From Alphaproteobacteria bacterium (GTDB taxonomy: Bacteria > Pseudomonadota > Alphaproteobacteria > JAVJRE01), in assembly GCA_040218575.1 (NCBI GenBank), contig JAVJRE010000005.1:113214-177213 (forward strand): 64,000 bases of DNA. The letters are read 5' to 3'. A program made the translations under genes and the position numbers. Positions 44,321 through 54,046 of the stretch are shown one piece after another. Position 1 is the stretch's first letter. Each line of letters opens with the position of its first letter. Below the pieces are notes generated by a model. It was not told the origin of the DNA, did not search any database, and saw nothing but the letters and a program-made list of their open reading frames with translations.

Positions 44321-45130
44321 TCAGCCGCGGGCGAAATACAACAGAACGCCGGAGGCGTCCTCCGGTGCGACCCGGACACTGCCATCGGCCTCGCGCGTAT
44401 AGTCGATTCCCCGTCCGGCCAGCACCTTGGCGGTCACACCAGGATCGCTGACGGTAAAGGTGATGGCGGCCATGCGCGGCAGCTTTTGCCGGCGGCTGAT
44501 TTCCACATCCGGATGCAGGTTGCGGAACGAATTGGGCGTGGCGAAGACCAGCAGGCCGTCGCCGGTGTTGACGGTCACCATGGAATCGGAACGGGTTGCC
44601 GCGCCTTCGCCAAACAACCGGTCATAGGCGCCCATGAGGTCTTCGGGATCCTGCACCAGGGTGGTGATGGACTGGATGGCCGCGGCGCCGTTGGGATGGG
44701 ATAGCCAATCGGCCCTGCGTTGCGCTTCATCGGACAGACGCTGGACGAACTGCGCCACCAGGCCGGGCATCACATTGTCGCCGACCCGCCCCATGCACAG
44801 GCGCGTCTCAGCCGGACCCTCCGGCAACTCGGTGATGCGAACCACCTCATAGGACTCCTCGACCTCCACCGGCAACGCCGCCATGTCGGTGGTACCGATA
44901 GCCACCAGAGCCAGGCCCTCGGGCTGATCCTTGCGCCCGGCCTCTGGCGCGATCAGGGCGATGTGGTTGCGCTGAAACATGATGCCGCGGCCTTCGGTGC
45001 CTAGCCGTGTGCCGGACAGGCGACCGGCCGGCGATACCGTAAAGCCCAGCCGCGTAAATGCCTCCGCCGCGCCGGCGGCGTCGGTGACGCTGATCACCAC
45101 ATGATCGATGCCTTTGATAGGGTCGGCCAT
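44321..45130 (-). CDS. VOC-family (glyoxalase/bleomycin-resistance/dioxygenase fold) protein, two-domain
   Basis: GIDHVVISVTD start motif with duplicated beta-alpha-beta-beta-beta modules. Start ATG 45128-45130. Confidence 0.6.
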   Translation of the reverse strand: MADPIKGIDHVVISVTDAAGAAEAFTRLGFTVSPAGRLSGTRLGTEGRGIMFQRNHIALIAPEAGRKDQPEGLALVAIGTTDMAALPVEVEESYEVVRITELPEGPAETRLCMGRVGDNVMPGLVAQFVQRLSDEAQRRADWLSHPNGAAAIQSITTLVQDPEDLMGAYDRLFGEGAATRSDSMVTVNTGDGLLVFATPNSFRNLHPDVEISRRQKLPRMAAITFTVSDPGVTAKVLAGRGIDYTREADGSVRVAPEDASGVLLYFARG

Positions 45131-45299
45131 GACCTCAGTCCCTTCCTGCGCGGCCGCAAAACCAGCCGCGGCCGCCAACGCGCCAGAGTATCGCAGCGGA
45201 TCGGGGCGTTTGTCCGCCCCCAACATATTTTTGGCGGAATCGCTCGCCTGACAACGGCCCGGACGGGGGCCCGGCAAAGACCCAAACGCATGGCCGACT

Positions 45300-46064
45300 C
45301 TAGTGGATCTGTCGCCAGACCTTGCGTTTTGTCGCGTAGACCAGGGCCGACAGCACCAGCAGGAAGAGAATGACCTTGAGCCCCATGGACTTGCGAGCTT
45401 CCAGTTCCGGATGTGAGGCCCAGGTCAGGAAGGTGGAGACGTCGCTGGCCATCTGCTCGACGGTTGCTTGCGTACCGTCGGCATAGTCCACCATGCCCTC
45501 AAACAGCGGCGGCGCCATGGCGATCTGGCCGCCCGCGAAATAGCTGTTGTAGTTCATGCCCGCCTGCATGGTGAGGTCGGCCGGCGGATCCTCATATCCG
45601 GTCAGAAGGGCGTACAGATAGTCGGCCCCGCCATGACGCGCCTTAACGATGGTGGAGAGATTCGGTGGCGCCGCCCCGCCATTGGCGAAGCGCGCCGCTT
45701 CCTCATTGGCGAAAGGCTGAAAAAAGGCGTCGGACGGACGGCCCGGCCGCTGGAACATCTCACCGGTTTCGTCCGGCCCGTCGGTGATGAATCGGGCCGC
45801 CGCGATCTCGCGCACCTGATCCTCGCTGAAACCGATCTCCTGCAGGCTGCGATAGTGCACATACTGCAGCGCGTGACAGGCGGCGCACACCTGATCATAG
45901 ACCAGAAAACCGCGCTGGGCGGCGGCCCGGTCGTAGGCGCCAAAGATCCCCTCGAATGACCATTCCCGGGCCGGCGGCGAATGGGCCTCTTCCGCGGCCA
46001 GCGCCGGAACTGCCATCGCGGCCACCACCAGACCAATGAAGAGAGAACGCATGGCCGTCATCAT
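45300..46064 (-). CDS. petC: cytochrome c1
   Basis: Signal peptide, CAACH haem-binding motif, C-terminal TM anchor. Confidence 0.9.
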   Translation of the reverse strand: MMTAMRSLFIGLVVAAMAVPALAAEEAHSPPAREWSFEGIFGAYDRAAAQRGFLVYDQVCAACHALQYVHYRSLQEIGFSEDQVREIAAARFITDGPDETGEMFQRPGRPSDAFFQPFANEEAARFANGGAAPPNLSTIVKARHGGADYLYALLTGYEDPPADLTMQAGMNYNSYFAGGQIAMAPPLFEGMVDYADGTQATVEQMASDVSTFLTWASHPELEARKSMGLKVILFLLVLSALVYATKRKVWRQIH

Positions 46065-47311
46065 CGCACCTTATCCATCGTCGCCGGCCGACCAACCGCG
46101 CCGCCGCCAAGGACCGGCGTTCGGATACTGTCGGGCAGAGGCTTCGGTCGCTCGATCTTGCCCACCAGCGGCAGCAGAATCAGGAAATGGAAGAAATACC
46201 AGAAGGTGGCGATCCGGCTGATGATCAGCGCCGGGCCCGACGGCGGGTTGCCGCCCGCCCACAGCAGTACCAGCACATCCACCAGCAGCAGCACGAAGAG
46301 CCAGCGGTAGATCGGCCGGAAACGGGCGCTGCGCACCCGCGATGTGTCGAGCCACGGCACGACGAACAGCACCAGGATGCTGCCGAACATGAGGATGACA
46401 CCGCCCAGCTTGTCCGGCACCGAGCGCAGAATGGCGTAGAACGGCATCAGGTACCATTCGGGCACGATCTCCGCCGGTGTCACCAGCGGGTTTGCCGGAA
46501 TGTAGTTGTCCGGATGCAGGAAGGTGTTCGGCCCGTAGAAGACAAACCCGGCAAAGACCAGCAACATCACCATCACGGCAACGCTGTCCTTGGAGGTGAA
46601 GAACGGGTGGAAGGACACGGTGTCCTGTGGTCCGCGCGTATCAATGCCGACCGGGTTGTTGGAGCCGTGCACGTGCAGGGCCACCACATGCAGCGCCACC
46701 ACGGCGACGATGACAAACGGCAGCACGTAGTGCAGGGCGAAGAATCGGGTCAGGGTCGGATTATCCACCGAGAAGCCGCCCCACAGCCAGGTGGTGATGG
46801 ATTCGCCGACCAGCGGTATGGCGGAGAACAGGTTGGTGATCACCGTCGCCGCCCAGAAACTCTGCTGGCCCCACGGCAGGACATAGCCCATGAACGCCGT
46901 CGCCATCATCAGCAGCAGGATGACGACGCCCAGAATCCACAGCAGCTCACGAGGCTCCTTGTAGGACCCGTAGTAAAGCCCGCGGAAAATATGGACATAG
47001 ACCACGAGGAAGAACATGGAGGCGCCGTTGGAATGGAGATAGCGCAGCAGCCAGCCATAGTTTACCTCACGCATGATGCGCTCAACGCTGCCGAAGGCCA
47101 GGTCCACATTGGCCGTGTAGTGCATCGCCAGGACGATGCCGGTGACCAGCATGATCAACAGCATGATCGTCGCCAGCGCCCCGAAGCTCCACAGATAGGT
47201 GAGATTCCGGGGCATCGGAAACTCGTGATACTCGTGGTGGATATAGGTAAAGACCGGCAGGCGACGGTCAATCCAGCGAACGAGCGAGGACTTGAACTGA
47301 GGTGCGGCCAT
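46061..47311 (-). CDS. petB: cytochrome b
   Basis: Eight-TM protein with conserved haem-ligand His and PEWY motif ([10 protein letters not shown]). Confidence 0.95.
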   Translation of the reverse strand: MAAPQFKSSLVRWIDRRLPVFTYIHHEYHEFPMPRNLTYLWSFGALATIMLLIMLVTGIVLAMHYTANVDLAFGSVERIMREVNYGWLLRYLHSNGASMFFLVVYVHIFRGLYYGSYKEPRELLWILGVVILLLMMATAFMGYVLPWGQQSFWAATVITNLFSAIPLVGESITTWLWGGFSVDNPTLTRFFALHYVLPFVIVAVVALHVVALHVHGSNNPVGIDTRGPQDTVSFHPFFTSKDSVAVMVMLLVFAGFVFYGPNTFLHPDNYIPANPLVTPAEIVPEWYLMPFYAILRSVPDKLGGVILMFGSILVLFVVPWLDTSRVRSARFRPIYRWLFVLLLVDVLVLLWAGGNPPSGPALIISRIATFWYFFHFLILLPLVGKIERPKPLPDSIRTPVLGGGAVGRPATMDKVR

Positions 47312-47321
47312 CGGAGCTTCC

Positions 47322-47891
47322 CTAACCGATTCTGATGCTGGTGTCGGTCATGAACGCATAGTCCGGGACCAGAAGATTGCGCGGCGCGGGTCCGCGGCGG
47401 ATGCGCCCCGACGTGTCGTAGTGTGAGCCATGACAGGGGCAGAACCAGCCGCCGAAATCGCCCTTGGGGTCGGTCTGCTTCTGGCCAAGGGGAACACAGC
47501 CAAGATGTGTGCACACCCCGACCATGACCAGCCATTGGGCCCGTTGCACACGGTCCGCGTCGGACTGCGGATCCGGCAGAGCGTCCAGATCAACGCTTTG
47601 GGCGGCGGCGATTTCCGCCTCCGTGCGGTAGCGAATGAAAACCGGCTTGCCGCGCCATTTGACGGTGATCGCCTGGCCGGCGACCAGCAGCGACAGATCC
47701 ACCTCGGTACTCGACAAAGCAAGAACGTCCGCTGCCGGATTCATCTGCTGAACCAGCGGCCAGACCACCGCAGCCGCACCAACCGCGCCTACCGCGAGAG
47801 TTGTCAGATAGAGGAAATCGCGCCGCGTACCGTCGCCGTGGCCATCATCACCGTGACCGGCCGTGTCCGCCACCGACTCACTATGGGCCAT
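47322..47891 (-). CDS. petA: ubiquinol-cytochrome c reductase Rieske iron-sulfur subunit
   Basis: CTHLGC and CPCHGS Rieske boxes. Tat-like N-terminus with RRDFL. Confidence 0.95.
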   Translation of the reverse strand: MAHSESVADTAGHGDDGHGDGTRRDFLYLTTLAVGAVGAAAVVWPLVQQMNPAADVLALSSTEVDLSLLVAGQAITVKWRGKPVFIRYRTEAEIAAAQSVDLDALPDPQSDADRVQRAQWLVMVGVCTHLGCVPLGQKQTDPKGDFGGWFCPCHGSHYDTSGRIRRGPAPRNLLVPDYAFMTDTSIRIG

Positions 47892-48264
47892 GCTGCCCCT
47901 CCCTGTCGTCCCCTCGCCCGGTCGGCTTTCCGCCGCAGGCAGGATGCTGATTCATGCCCGACCGGTGCTGCGCATCATCGGAAATTGACACCGGGCCGCT
48001 GGCGACCCGTGCCCGCGCCTACCGATGCCTGACGATGACCCGCGGCGCAAGCCCACTGCCGCACCGGACACCCCGTCCGAACGGCAACACCCCAGCCTTC
48101 GCGCCACTTGCCGCCGGCGTGCTAACCGTTGTCGTATCAAATACCGTCCCGCAGGCCATGTGACAACCTGACGCATGAGCGGTAGAAGTGTCGCAATTCC
48201 GCCAGTATTGGCAACCTGATCGCCACCAAAGGTGGCCAACGCCTTCTGCCGCCAGGAACGCCCG

Positions 48265-49260
48265 ATGACACCACAGACCCCAACCCGACCGATGGCTGCG
48301 CCAGCACCGGAAGACGCGCCGGTCGATGAGCGTACGCCGGCCGCCATGGTGGAGGAATCCCCGCCCGCCGACGCCGCCACGCTGGACAGCCGGAAGACCG
48401 CCGCCAGTACCTGGTTCGCCAGCTTGCGCGACTCCATCTGCCAGACCTTTGAGGCGCTGGAAGACGAGCTGACTGGCGGCAACACCGCCGACCAGCCGGC
48501 CGGGCGGTTCTCCCGCCGCACCTGGACACGCGATACCGGCGGTACGGACCATAGCGACCCGTCAACGGCCGGCGGCGGTGGTGGCACCATAGCAATCATG
48601 CACGGCCGCGTCTTCGAGAAGGTCGGCGTCAATATCTCCACCGTCCATGGCACCTTCTCGGAGGAGTTCCGCCAGCGGATCCCGGGCGCCGCCGACGACG
48701 GCCGCTTCTGGGCCAGCGGCATATCTCTTGTCGCCCACATGCAATCGCCGTTCGTCCCGGCCGTCCACATGAACACGCGGTTCCTGGTGACTCGCAAGAG
48801 CTGGTTCGGCGGCGGCGCCGACCTGACGCCGATGACGCCTGACGATGAAGACACCGCCGCCTTTCATCAGGCGCTTGAGACGGCCTGTGCGCGCCATGAT
48901 TCGGCCTATTATCCGCGCTATAAAGCATGGTGTGATGACTATTTCTTTCTCAAACACCGCAACGAGACGCGTGGCGTCGGCGGTATTTTTTATGACTATC
49001 TGGCCAGCGGCGACTGGGCTGCCGACATGGCCTTTACCCGCGATGTGGGCAGCGCCTTCCACCAGGTCTACCCGACCATCATCCGCCGCCACATGAACCG
49101 GCCATGGACAGAAGAAGACCGGGAACACCAGCTCCGCCGACGCGGTCGCTATGTGGAGTTCAATCTGCTCTATGATCGCGGCACGGTCTTCGGTCTGAAG
49201 ACCGGCGGCAATGTCGACGCCATTCTGATGAGCCTGCCGCCAATGGCGAGCTGGCCCTGA
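48265..49260 (+). CDS. hemF: oxygen-dependent coproporphyrinogen III oxidase
   Basis: Conserved HemF core ([25 protein letters not shown]). N-terminal ~55 aa Pro/Ala-rich extension. Start ambiguous: ATG 48232, 48265 or 48292. Confidence 0.85.
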   Translation: MTPQTPTRPMAAPAPEDAPVDERTPAAMVEESPPADAATLDSRKTAASTWFASLRDSICQTFEALEDELTGGNTADQPAGRFSRRTWTRDTGGTDHSDPSTAGGGGGTIAIMHGRVFEKVGVNISTVHGTFSEEFRQRIPGAADDGRFWASGISLVAHMQSPFVPAVHMNTRFLVTRKSWFGGGADLTPMTPDDEDTAAFHQALETACARHDSAYYPRYKAWCDDYFFLKHRNETRGVGGIFYDYLASGDWAADMAFTRDVGSAFHQVYPTIIRRHMNRPWTEEDREHQLRRRGRYVEFNLLYDRGTVFGLKTGGNVDAILMSLPPMASWP

Positions 49261-49285
49261 TCCCGACCACAGACAGGAGACCCGC

Positions 49286-49861
49286 ATGACCGGCACCTAT
49301 GGCGTCACAACGCTCCACCGTCTGGCCGGAGTGGTGGCGGGGCTGACCATGATCGTGGCGGTGTTCGCCACATCCGTGCGGGCCCAGGATCTGACGCTGG
49401 ACGCCTTCTTCGGGACATTCGAGGGATCCGCCGTCGCTGAATCCGCCGACAGCCTGTTCTTCGCCGTCAGGGTCCGTGACCTGGACGTGGAGATTCGACC
49501 CACCGGCGATGGCGGATTTACGGTCCGCTGGAAAACTGTGATGCGCACCGACGGGGATGACGACAATGACGACGCTGCCCGACGGACGGCACAACTGACC
49601 TTCCGTCCAAGCGAACGGTCCGGCGTCTGGCTGGCGGAGGAAGCAAACGATGCCCTGTCCCCAGCGGGATTCGGCTGGGCAACCATCGACGGCGCCACGC
49701 TTGCGGTCAGCATCATCACCATCGGCGACACCGGCCGTTACAATATTCAGGTCTACAACCGCAGCCTGAACAGCAAGGGCATGGCGCTGGAGTTCCGTCG
49801 CATGGTGGATGGCGTCAAGGGTCGCACCGTGCGCGGCAATCTGGTGCGTGTCGCGGAATAA
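49286..49861 (+). CDS. secreted hypothetical protein
   Basis: N-terminal signal peptide (AVFATSVRA|QD), acidic Asp-rich patch, no recognised catalytic motif. 191 aa. Confidence 0.5.
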   Translation: MTGTYGVTTLHRLAGVVAGLTMIVAVFATSVRAQDLTLDAFFGTFEGSAVAESADSLFFAVRVRDLDVEIRPTGDGGFTVRWKTVMRTDGDDDNDDAARRTAQLTFRPSERSGVWLAEEANDALSPAGFGWATIDGATLAVSIITIGDTGRYNIQVYNRSLNSKGMALEFRRMVDGVKGRTVRGNLVRVAE

Positions 49862-49893
49862 TCGGAGCGTCAGCGCGCACTATCGGACCCGCT

Positions 49894-51174
49894 TCACTGT
49901 GGCGTGTCAGGGTCCGAACCGGCTTCGCCGGTCGCTCCGCCGCCAATCAGAGCGTCGAGACGGACAAGAACGGCGTCCCGTTCCGGCGCAAAGTCGCTAT
50001 CGGCCCACCACCGCTCCAGCGCGGCCAGAAGAGCGCCGACCTGCGGGCCCGACGGAATGCCGCGGGCGATGACATCGGCCCCGCCGACCGGCAGATCCGG
50101 TCGCTTCCACCGGCGGGCCAGGCGCCACAGATCGATCCAGGCAGGGGCCCCCACCTCGCCGTAACGTGCCCAACCCAGCATGATCCGGTCCGCCGCATGA
50201 TCTCCCAGGGCAAAGACCAGCCGCCGGCCATCTGCCGCATCTGTCGGTGGCTGCCGCACCTCGCCCCCCGGACTGGTCAGGGCGACCAGCCGCTCACGCT
50301 CCGCATTGGCCAGGCGCAAGCGTGAAGCGACGTCACGCACGGCGGCCGGCTGCGGCCGCATGATCGCCGCCAACCGGCGCAGGGCATCCGGACCATCATG
50401 TGCCCGTTCTATGGCGAACAGGCGACCGGTAGCCGGGGTCACCTCCGCAGCCAGCGGCAGGTGGCGGAAAACGCCTATGTCCGCCATCAGGGTGAGCGCC
50501 GGTAATGGATCGCCGGCCAGCAGCAGACGGAGCAGTTCCGCCCGCACCCGCTCGCCCGACAGGGCCGGCAGGCGGTCGACCATGGCGCGACAGGCCTCCA
50601 CCGCCTGGCCGTCCGGCGCCCCCCGACCATAGTGGCTGTGAAACCGGAAGAAACGCAGCAGACGCAGAACGTCTTCGTCTATGCGCCGCCTGGCGTCGCC
50701 AACGAACCGCACCAGGCCCCGGTGCAGGTCGGGCAGGCCATCGGTCGGGTCATAGAGCGATCCGTCTGAATCGAGGTACATGGCGTTCATGGTGAAGTCG
50801 CGCCGCCGGGCATCACCCGACCAATCATCGGAGAAGGCGACTGTGGCGTGCCGGCCATGGCTCTCCACATCGACCCTGAGGGTCGTGATCTCGTAGGGGC
50901 GGCGCGCCACTACAGCCGTTACGGTGCCATGGGCGATACCGGTCGGCACCACATGAACACCGGCCGCGGCAAGGCGGGAGATGACCTCCTGCGGCCGCCA
51001 TTCGGTGGCGATATCAATATCGTGCACAGGCCGACCGATGACCGCATCACGCACGCAGCCGCCGACGAATCGGGCGGCCCGTCCCTCCCCCTGCAACGGG
51101 GCCAACACCGACAGGGTGTGGGGGTCCTGCATCCAAGGCTGGACGTCAATGCGGGTGACGGGGGCGAGAGTCAT
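49894..51174 (-). CDS. cca: CCA tRNA nucleotidyltransferase (poly(A) polymerase head-domain family)
   Basis: GG.VRD..(G)...D.D nucleotidyltransferase motif and RRD.TMNA. Confidence 0.85.
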   Translation of the reverse strand: MTLAPVTRIDVQPWMQDPHTLSVLAPLQGEGRAARFVGGCVRDAVIGRPVHDIDIATEWRPQEVISRLAAAGVHVVPTGIAHGTVTAVVARRPYEITTLRVDVESHGRHATVAFSDDWSGDARRRDFTMNAMYLDSDGSLYDPTDGLPDLHRGLVRFVGDARRRIDEDVLRLLRFFRFHSHYGRGAPDGQAVEACRAMVDRLPALSGERVRAELLRLLLAGDPLPALTLMADIGVFRHLPLAAEVTPATGRLFAIERAHDGPDALRRLAAIMRPQPAAVRDVASRLRLANAERERLVALTSPGGEVRQPPTDAADGRRLVFALGDHAADRIMLGWARYGEVGAPAWIDLWRLARRWKRPDLPVGGADVIARGIPSGPQVGALLAALERWWADSDFAPERDAVLVRLDALIGGGATGEAGSDPDTPQ

Positions 51175-51923
51175 GCGCGGCTGTCCGCGAGGAGGGACTC
51201 GTCGGGGCGATCCAGGGCCGCCTTCAGGGACAGCAGCATGCCGGCCGTAGCGCCCCAGATTTCAAATCCCTGCCATGTGCCGGAGTAGAAGTGGCGTTCA
51301 CGACCGGCGATATGCCGCCGTTGCAGCCGCAGGGAGTCAGCCGCCAGCACCCAGTCCAGCGGCGCCTCGAACACCGCCGCCACCTCCACCGGGTCCGGCC
51401 GCCACCGGGCCGGCGGGTCGAGAATCGCCACGACCGGCACGACCCGAAACCCGGTGCCTGTAAGATAGGGCGGCAGATGACCGACGATCTCGGCCCGGTC
51501 CGGCGCCAGACCGACTTCTTCCCATGCCTCGCGCCGCGCCGCCGCCACCGCATCCTCGTCGCCAGCCTCGATACGACCGCCAGGCAAGCACACCTCACCC
51601 GCATGATCCGCCAGAGTTGCCGTACGCTGGGTCAACAGGATCGCCACACCATGCGGGCGGGCAATCAGACCAACAAGGACAGCGGCGGCAATAACGCCGG
51701 CCACGCCGTCGCCGTCCGGCCTCTGGCCCAATCCGCCGGCGGCCGACGCTTCGATGGCGGAATCGCCCCACGGACCGCCCAACGGGCGGCCCGGCGGGCC
51801 GGCCAGGCAGCGCCGGATGCGGACAAACGGATCGGCGCCGACCGGATCGGCAGCGGCCGGCGCGCCAACCTGTATCCTGCCTGTGGCCCCGGTTGTTGTT
51901 ATGATCCGTCCTTCCTTGGCCAC
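51171..51923 (-). CDS. CoA pyrophosphatase (NUDIX hydrolase)
   Basis: Nudix box GEVCLPGGRIEAGDEDAVAAARREAWEEVGL. 4-bp overlap with cca. Start may be internal to the ORF. Confidence 0.8.
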   Translation of the reverse strand: MAKEGRIITTTGATGRIQVGAPAAADPVGADPFVRIRRCLAGPPGRPLGGPWGDSAIEASAAGGLGQRPDGDGVAGVIAAAVLVGLIARPHGVAILLTQRTATLADHAGEVCLPGGRIEAGDEDAVAAARREAWEEVGLAPDRAEIVGHLPPYLTGTGFRVVPVVAILDPPARWRPDPVEVAAVFEAPLDWVLAADSLRLQRRHIAGRERHFYSGTWQGFEIWGATAGMLLSLKAALDRPDESLLADSRA

Positions 51924-52067
51924 ACCGCCTCCTGAGTCTGCCTATTGGCCGTTCGCCCTGGCCGGCTGGCGATTGCGACCAGCCCTTCAACTGTCCGTGC
52001 GCGGACTCGGTATTCCCATGGTCCCGCTGGTATCCTACCCCATCATGCCCCGGACACGCCTCAGGAG

Positions 52068-53105
52068 ATGATGATGAGCGCCAGTGACACAGCCGTGGAT
52101 CCGATCCGCACACCGACCGGCGGCAGTGGCGGCAATCCGGTGGCCGAGATTGAGGCCCTGGCAGGACAGATCCTGCGCGCGCGCGACCATATCGGCCGGG
52201 TGATTTTCGGTCAGGAAGAAACCATCGAGCAAACCCTGGTCGCCCTGCTGGCCGGCGGCCACGTGCTGATTGTCGGCGTTCCCGGCCTCGGTAAGACGAA
52301 GCTGGTGGACACCCTCGGCGCGGTCATGGGTCTCGACAACCGCCGCATCCAGTGTACGCCGGACCTGATGCCGGCGGATATTCTGGGCAGCGAAGTGCTG
52401 GACGAGGATGCCGCCGCCGCCCGCCATTTCCGCTTCATACCCGGACCCGTTTTTACCCAGCTTCTGATGGCGGATGAAATCAACCGGGCCAGTCCGCGCA
52501 CCCAGTCCGCCCTGTTGCAAGCGATGCAGGAGCGGGAAGTGACCGTCGCCGGCGAGACCCACCGCCTGCCCCGCCCGTTTCACGTTCTCGCGACACAGAA
52601 TCCGATTGAGCAGGAAGGCACTTATCCTCTGCCGGAAGCCCAGCTTGACCGGTTTCTGCTGGAGATCGACATCGGCTTTCCCGACCGTGACGCCGAACGG
52701 ACCATCCTGCTGGCGACCACCGGCGCAGAAGAAGCGCCGCCCGAACCGGCCATGTCGCCGGAGGACCTTATACGAGCGCAGCAATTGCTGCGTCGCATTC
52801 CGGTCGGCGAGCAGGTGGTCGACGCCATTCTTACCCTGGTGCGGTCGGGCCGGCCCGAGGAGTCGGACCTGCCCGAGGTCAGCCGCAACGTCGCCTGGGG
52901 GCCGGGGCCGCGGGCCAGTCAGGCCCTGATGCTGGCATGCCGTGCCCGCGCCCTGCTGCAGGGCCGGCTCAGCCCGTCGGTCGACGATGTGGTGGCGCTG
53001 GCCGGGCCGGTCCTGCGCCACCGTATGGCGCTCAACTTCGCGGCCCGGGCGGAAGGAATCACCCTGGCAGACATTGTCGAGCGTCTGTGCGCCAGGATCG
53101 CCTGA
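52068..53105 (+). CDS. MoxR-family AAA+ ATPase
   Basis: Walker A GVPGLGKT and Walker B LLADEINRA. GGAG upstream of an ATG triplet. Confidence 0.9.
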   Translation: MMMSASDTAVDPIRTPTGGSGGNPVAEIEALAGQILRARDHIGRVIFGQEETIEQTLVALLAGGHVLIVGVPGLGKTKLVDTLGAVMGLDNRRIQCTPDLMPADILGSEVLDEDAAAARHFRFIPGPVFTQLLMADEINRASPRTQSALLQAMQEREVTVAGETHRLPRPFHVLATQNPIEQEGTYPLPEAQLDRFLLEIDIGFPDRDAERTILLATTGAEEAPPEPAMSPEDLIRAQQLLRRIPVGEQVVDAILTLVRSGRPEESDLPEVSRNVAWGPGPRASQALMLACRARALLQGRLSPSVDDVVALAGPVLRHRMALNFAARAEGITLADIVERLCARIA

Positions 53106-53133
53106 CACCGCCGGCCGGAAGGCGGAGCCAGCC

Positions 53134-54042
53134 ATGAGCAGCGGGGCGGCGCGCACCGTTCTGGACGCTCAGGCCCTGGGTGACACCCTGCCCGGGCTGG
53201 TGATTGCCGCCCGGCGCATCGCCGCCAATGTGGCGTTTGGCGTGCACGGCCGGCGGCGGCCCGGCAGCGGTGAGTCTTTCTGGCAGTTTCGCCGATACGG
53301 GCCGGGGGATCCGGCGCGCGCCATCGACTGGCGGCGCTCGGCCCGCACCCGCACACTCTATGTGCGCGAACGGGAATGGGCGGTCGCCGCCACCGTTCGC
53401 CTGTGGCGCGACACGTCACCGTCCATGGATTATGCCTCCGGCGACGACCTGCCGAGCAAGGCGCGGCGCGCGGAAGTCCTGCTTCTGGCGCTGGCCAGCC
53501 TGCTGCTTCGCGGCGGCGAGCGGGTCGCTCTATTGGGTCGCAGCGGCCCGGCGCTGGCCGGCCAGTTCGCCATGCCCCGTCTGGCCGAACATCTGACAGC
53601 GTCCGCCGTCGCACCATCAACGACGGACAATGGCGCGCAGACTTCCGCACTCGCCGGCCTGCCGGTGGCGACACCGCTTCCGGCCGGTTGCGATGTACTG
53701 CTGATCGGCGATTTCCTCGATGACCTGTCCGCCATAGAGGATCGTCTGGGACAGTTCGCCGCCATGGGCGCGCGCTGTCATCTGGTGCACATCCTTGACC
53801 CGGCTGAAGAGTTGCTGCCGTTCAGCGGGCGGACGCGGTTTCAGGGCCTGGAGAATGAGGGCGCCTTGCTGGTCGGCCGGGCCGAATCTCTGCAGGAGCC
53901 TTATCGCCGCACCATGGCGGCGCGCATGGACAGCCTTGTGGCCATGGCCCGCCACCATGGCTGGACCTACACCCGCCACCGCACCGACCATCGTCCGGAA
54001 CCGGCATTGCTTGCGCTGAGCATGGCGCTGGCAGGCGACTGA
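53134..54042 (+). CDS. DUF58 domain protein (vWA-like partner of MoxR)
   Basis: FRRYGPGDPARAIDWRRSART is the DUF58 signature. Immediately downstream of moxR. Confidence 0.8.
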   Translation: MSSGAARTVLDAQALGDTLPGLVIAARRIAANVAFGVHGRRRPGSGESFWQFRRYGPGDPARAIDWRRSARTRTLYVREREWAVAATVRLWRDTSPSMDYASGDDLPSKARRAEVLLLALASLLLRGGERVALLGRSGPALAGQFAMPRLAEHLTASAVAPSTTDNGAQTSALAGLPVATPLPAGCDVLLIGDFLDDLSAIEDRLGQFAAMGARCHLVHILDPAEELLPFSGRTRFQGLENEGALLVGRAESLQEPYRRTMAARMDSLVAMARHHGWTYTRHRTDHRPEPALLALSMALAGD

Positions 54043-54046
54043 CGCG

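Noticed and set aside
46187-47335. 382-aa plus-strand ORF
   Set aside because: Antisense to petB.
47892-48264. FNR/FnrL box (TTGAT-N4-ATCAA) or sigma-54 promoter in the petA/hemF intergenic region
   Set aside because: TTGTCGTATCAA has wrong spacing for an FNR site. TGGCAA-N5-TCGC has a poor -12 element. Neither is convincing.
47952-48854. 300-aa minus-strand ORF
   Set aside because: Antisense to hemF.
52035-53156. 373-aa minus-strand ORF
   Set aside because: Antisense to moxR.
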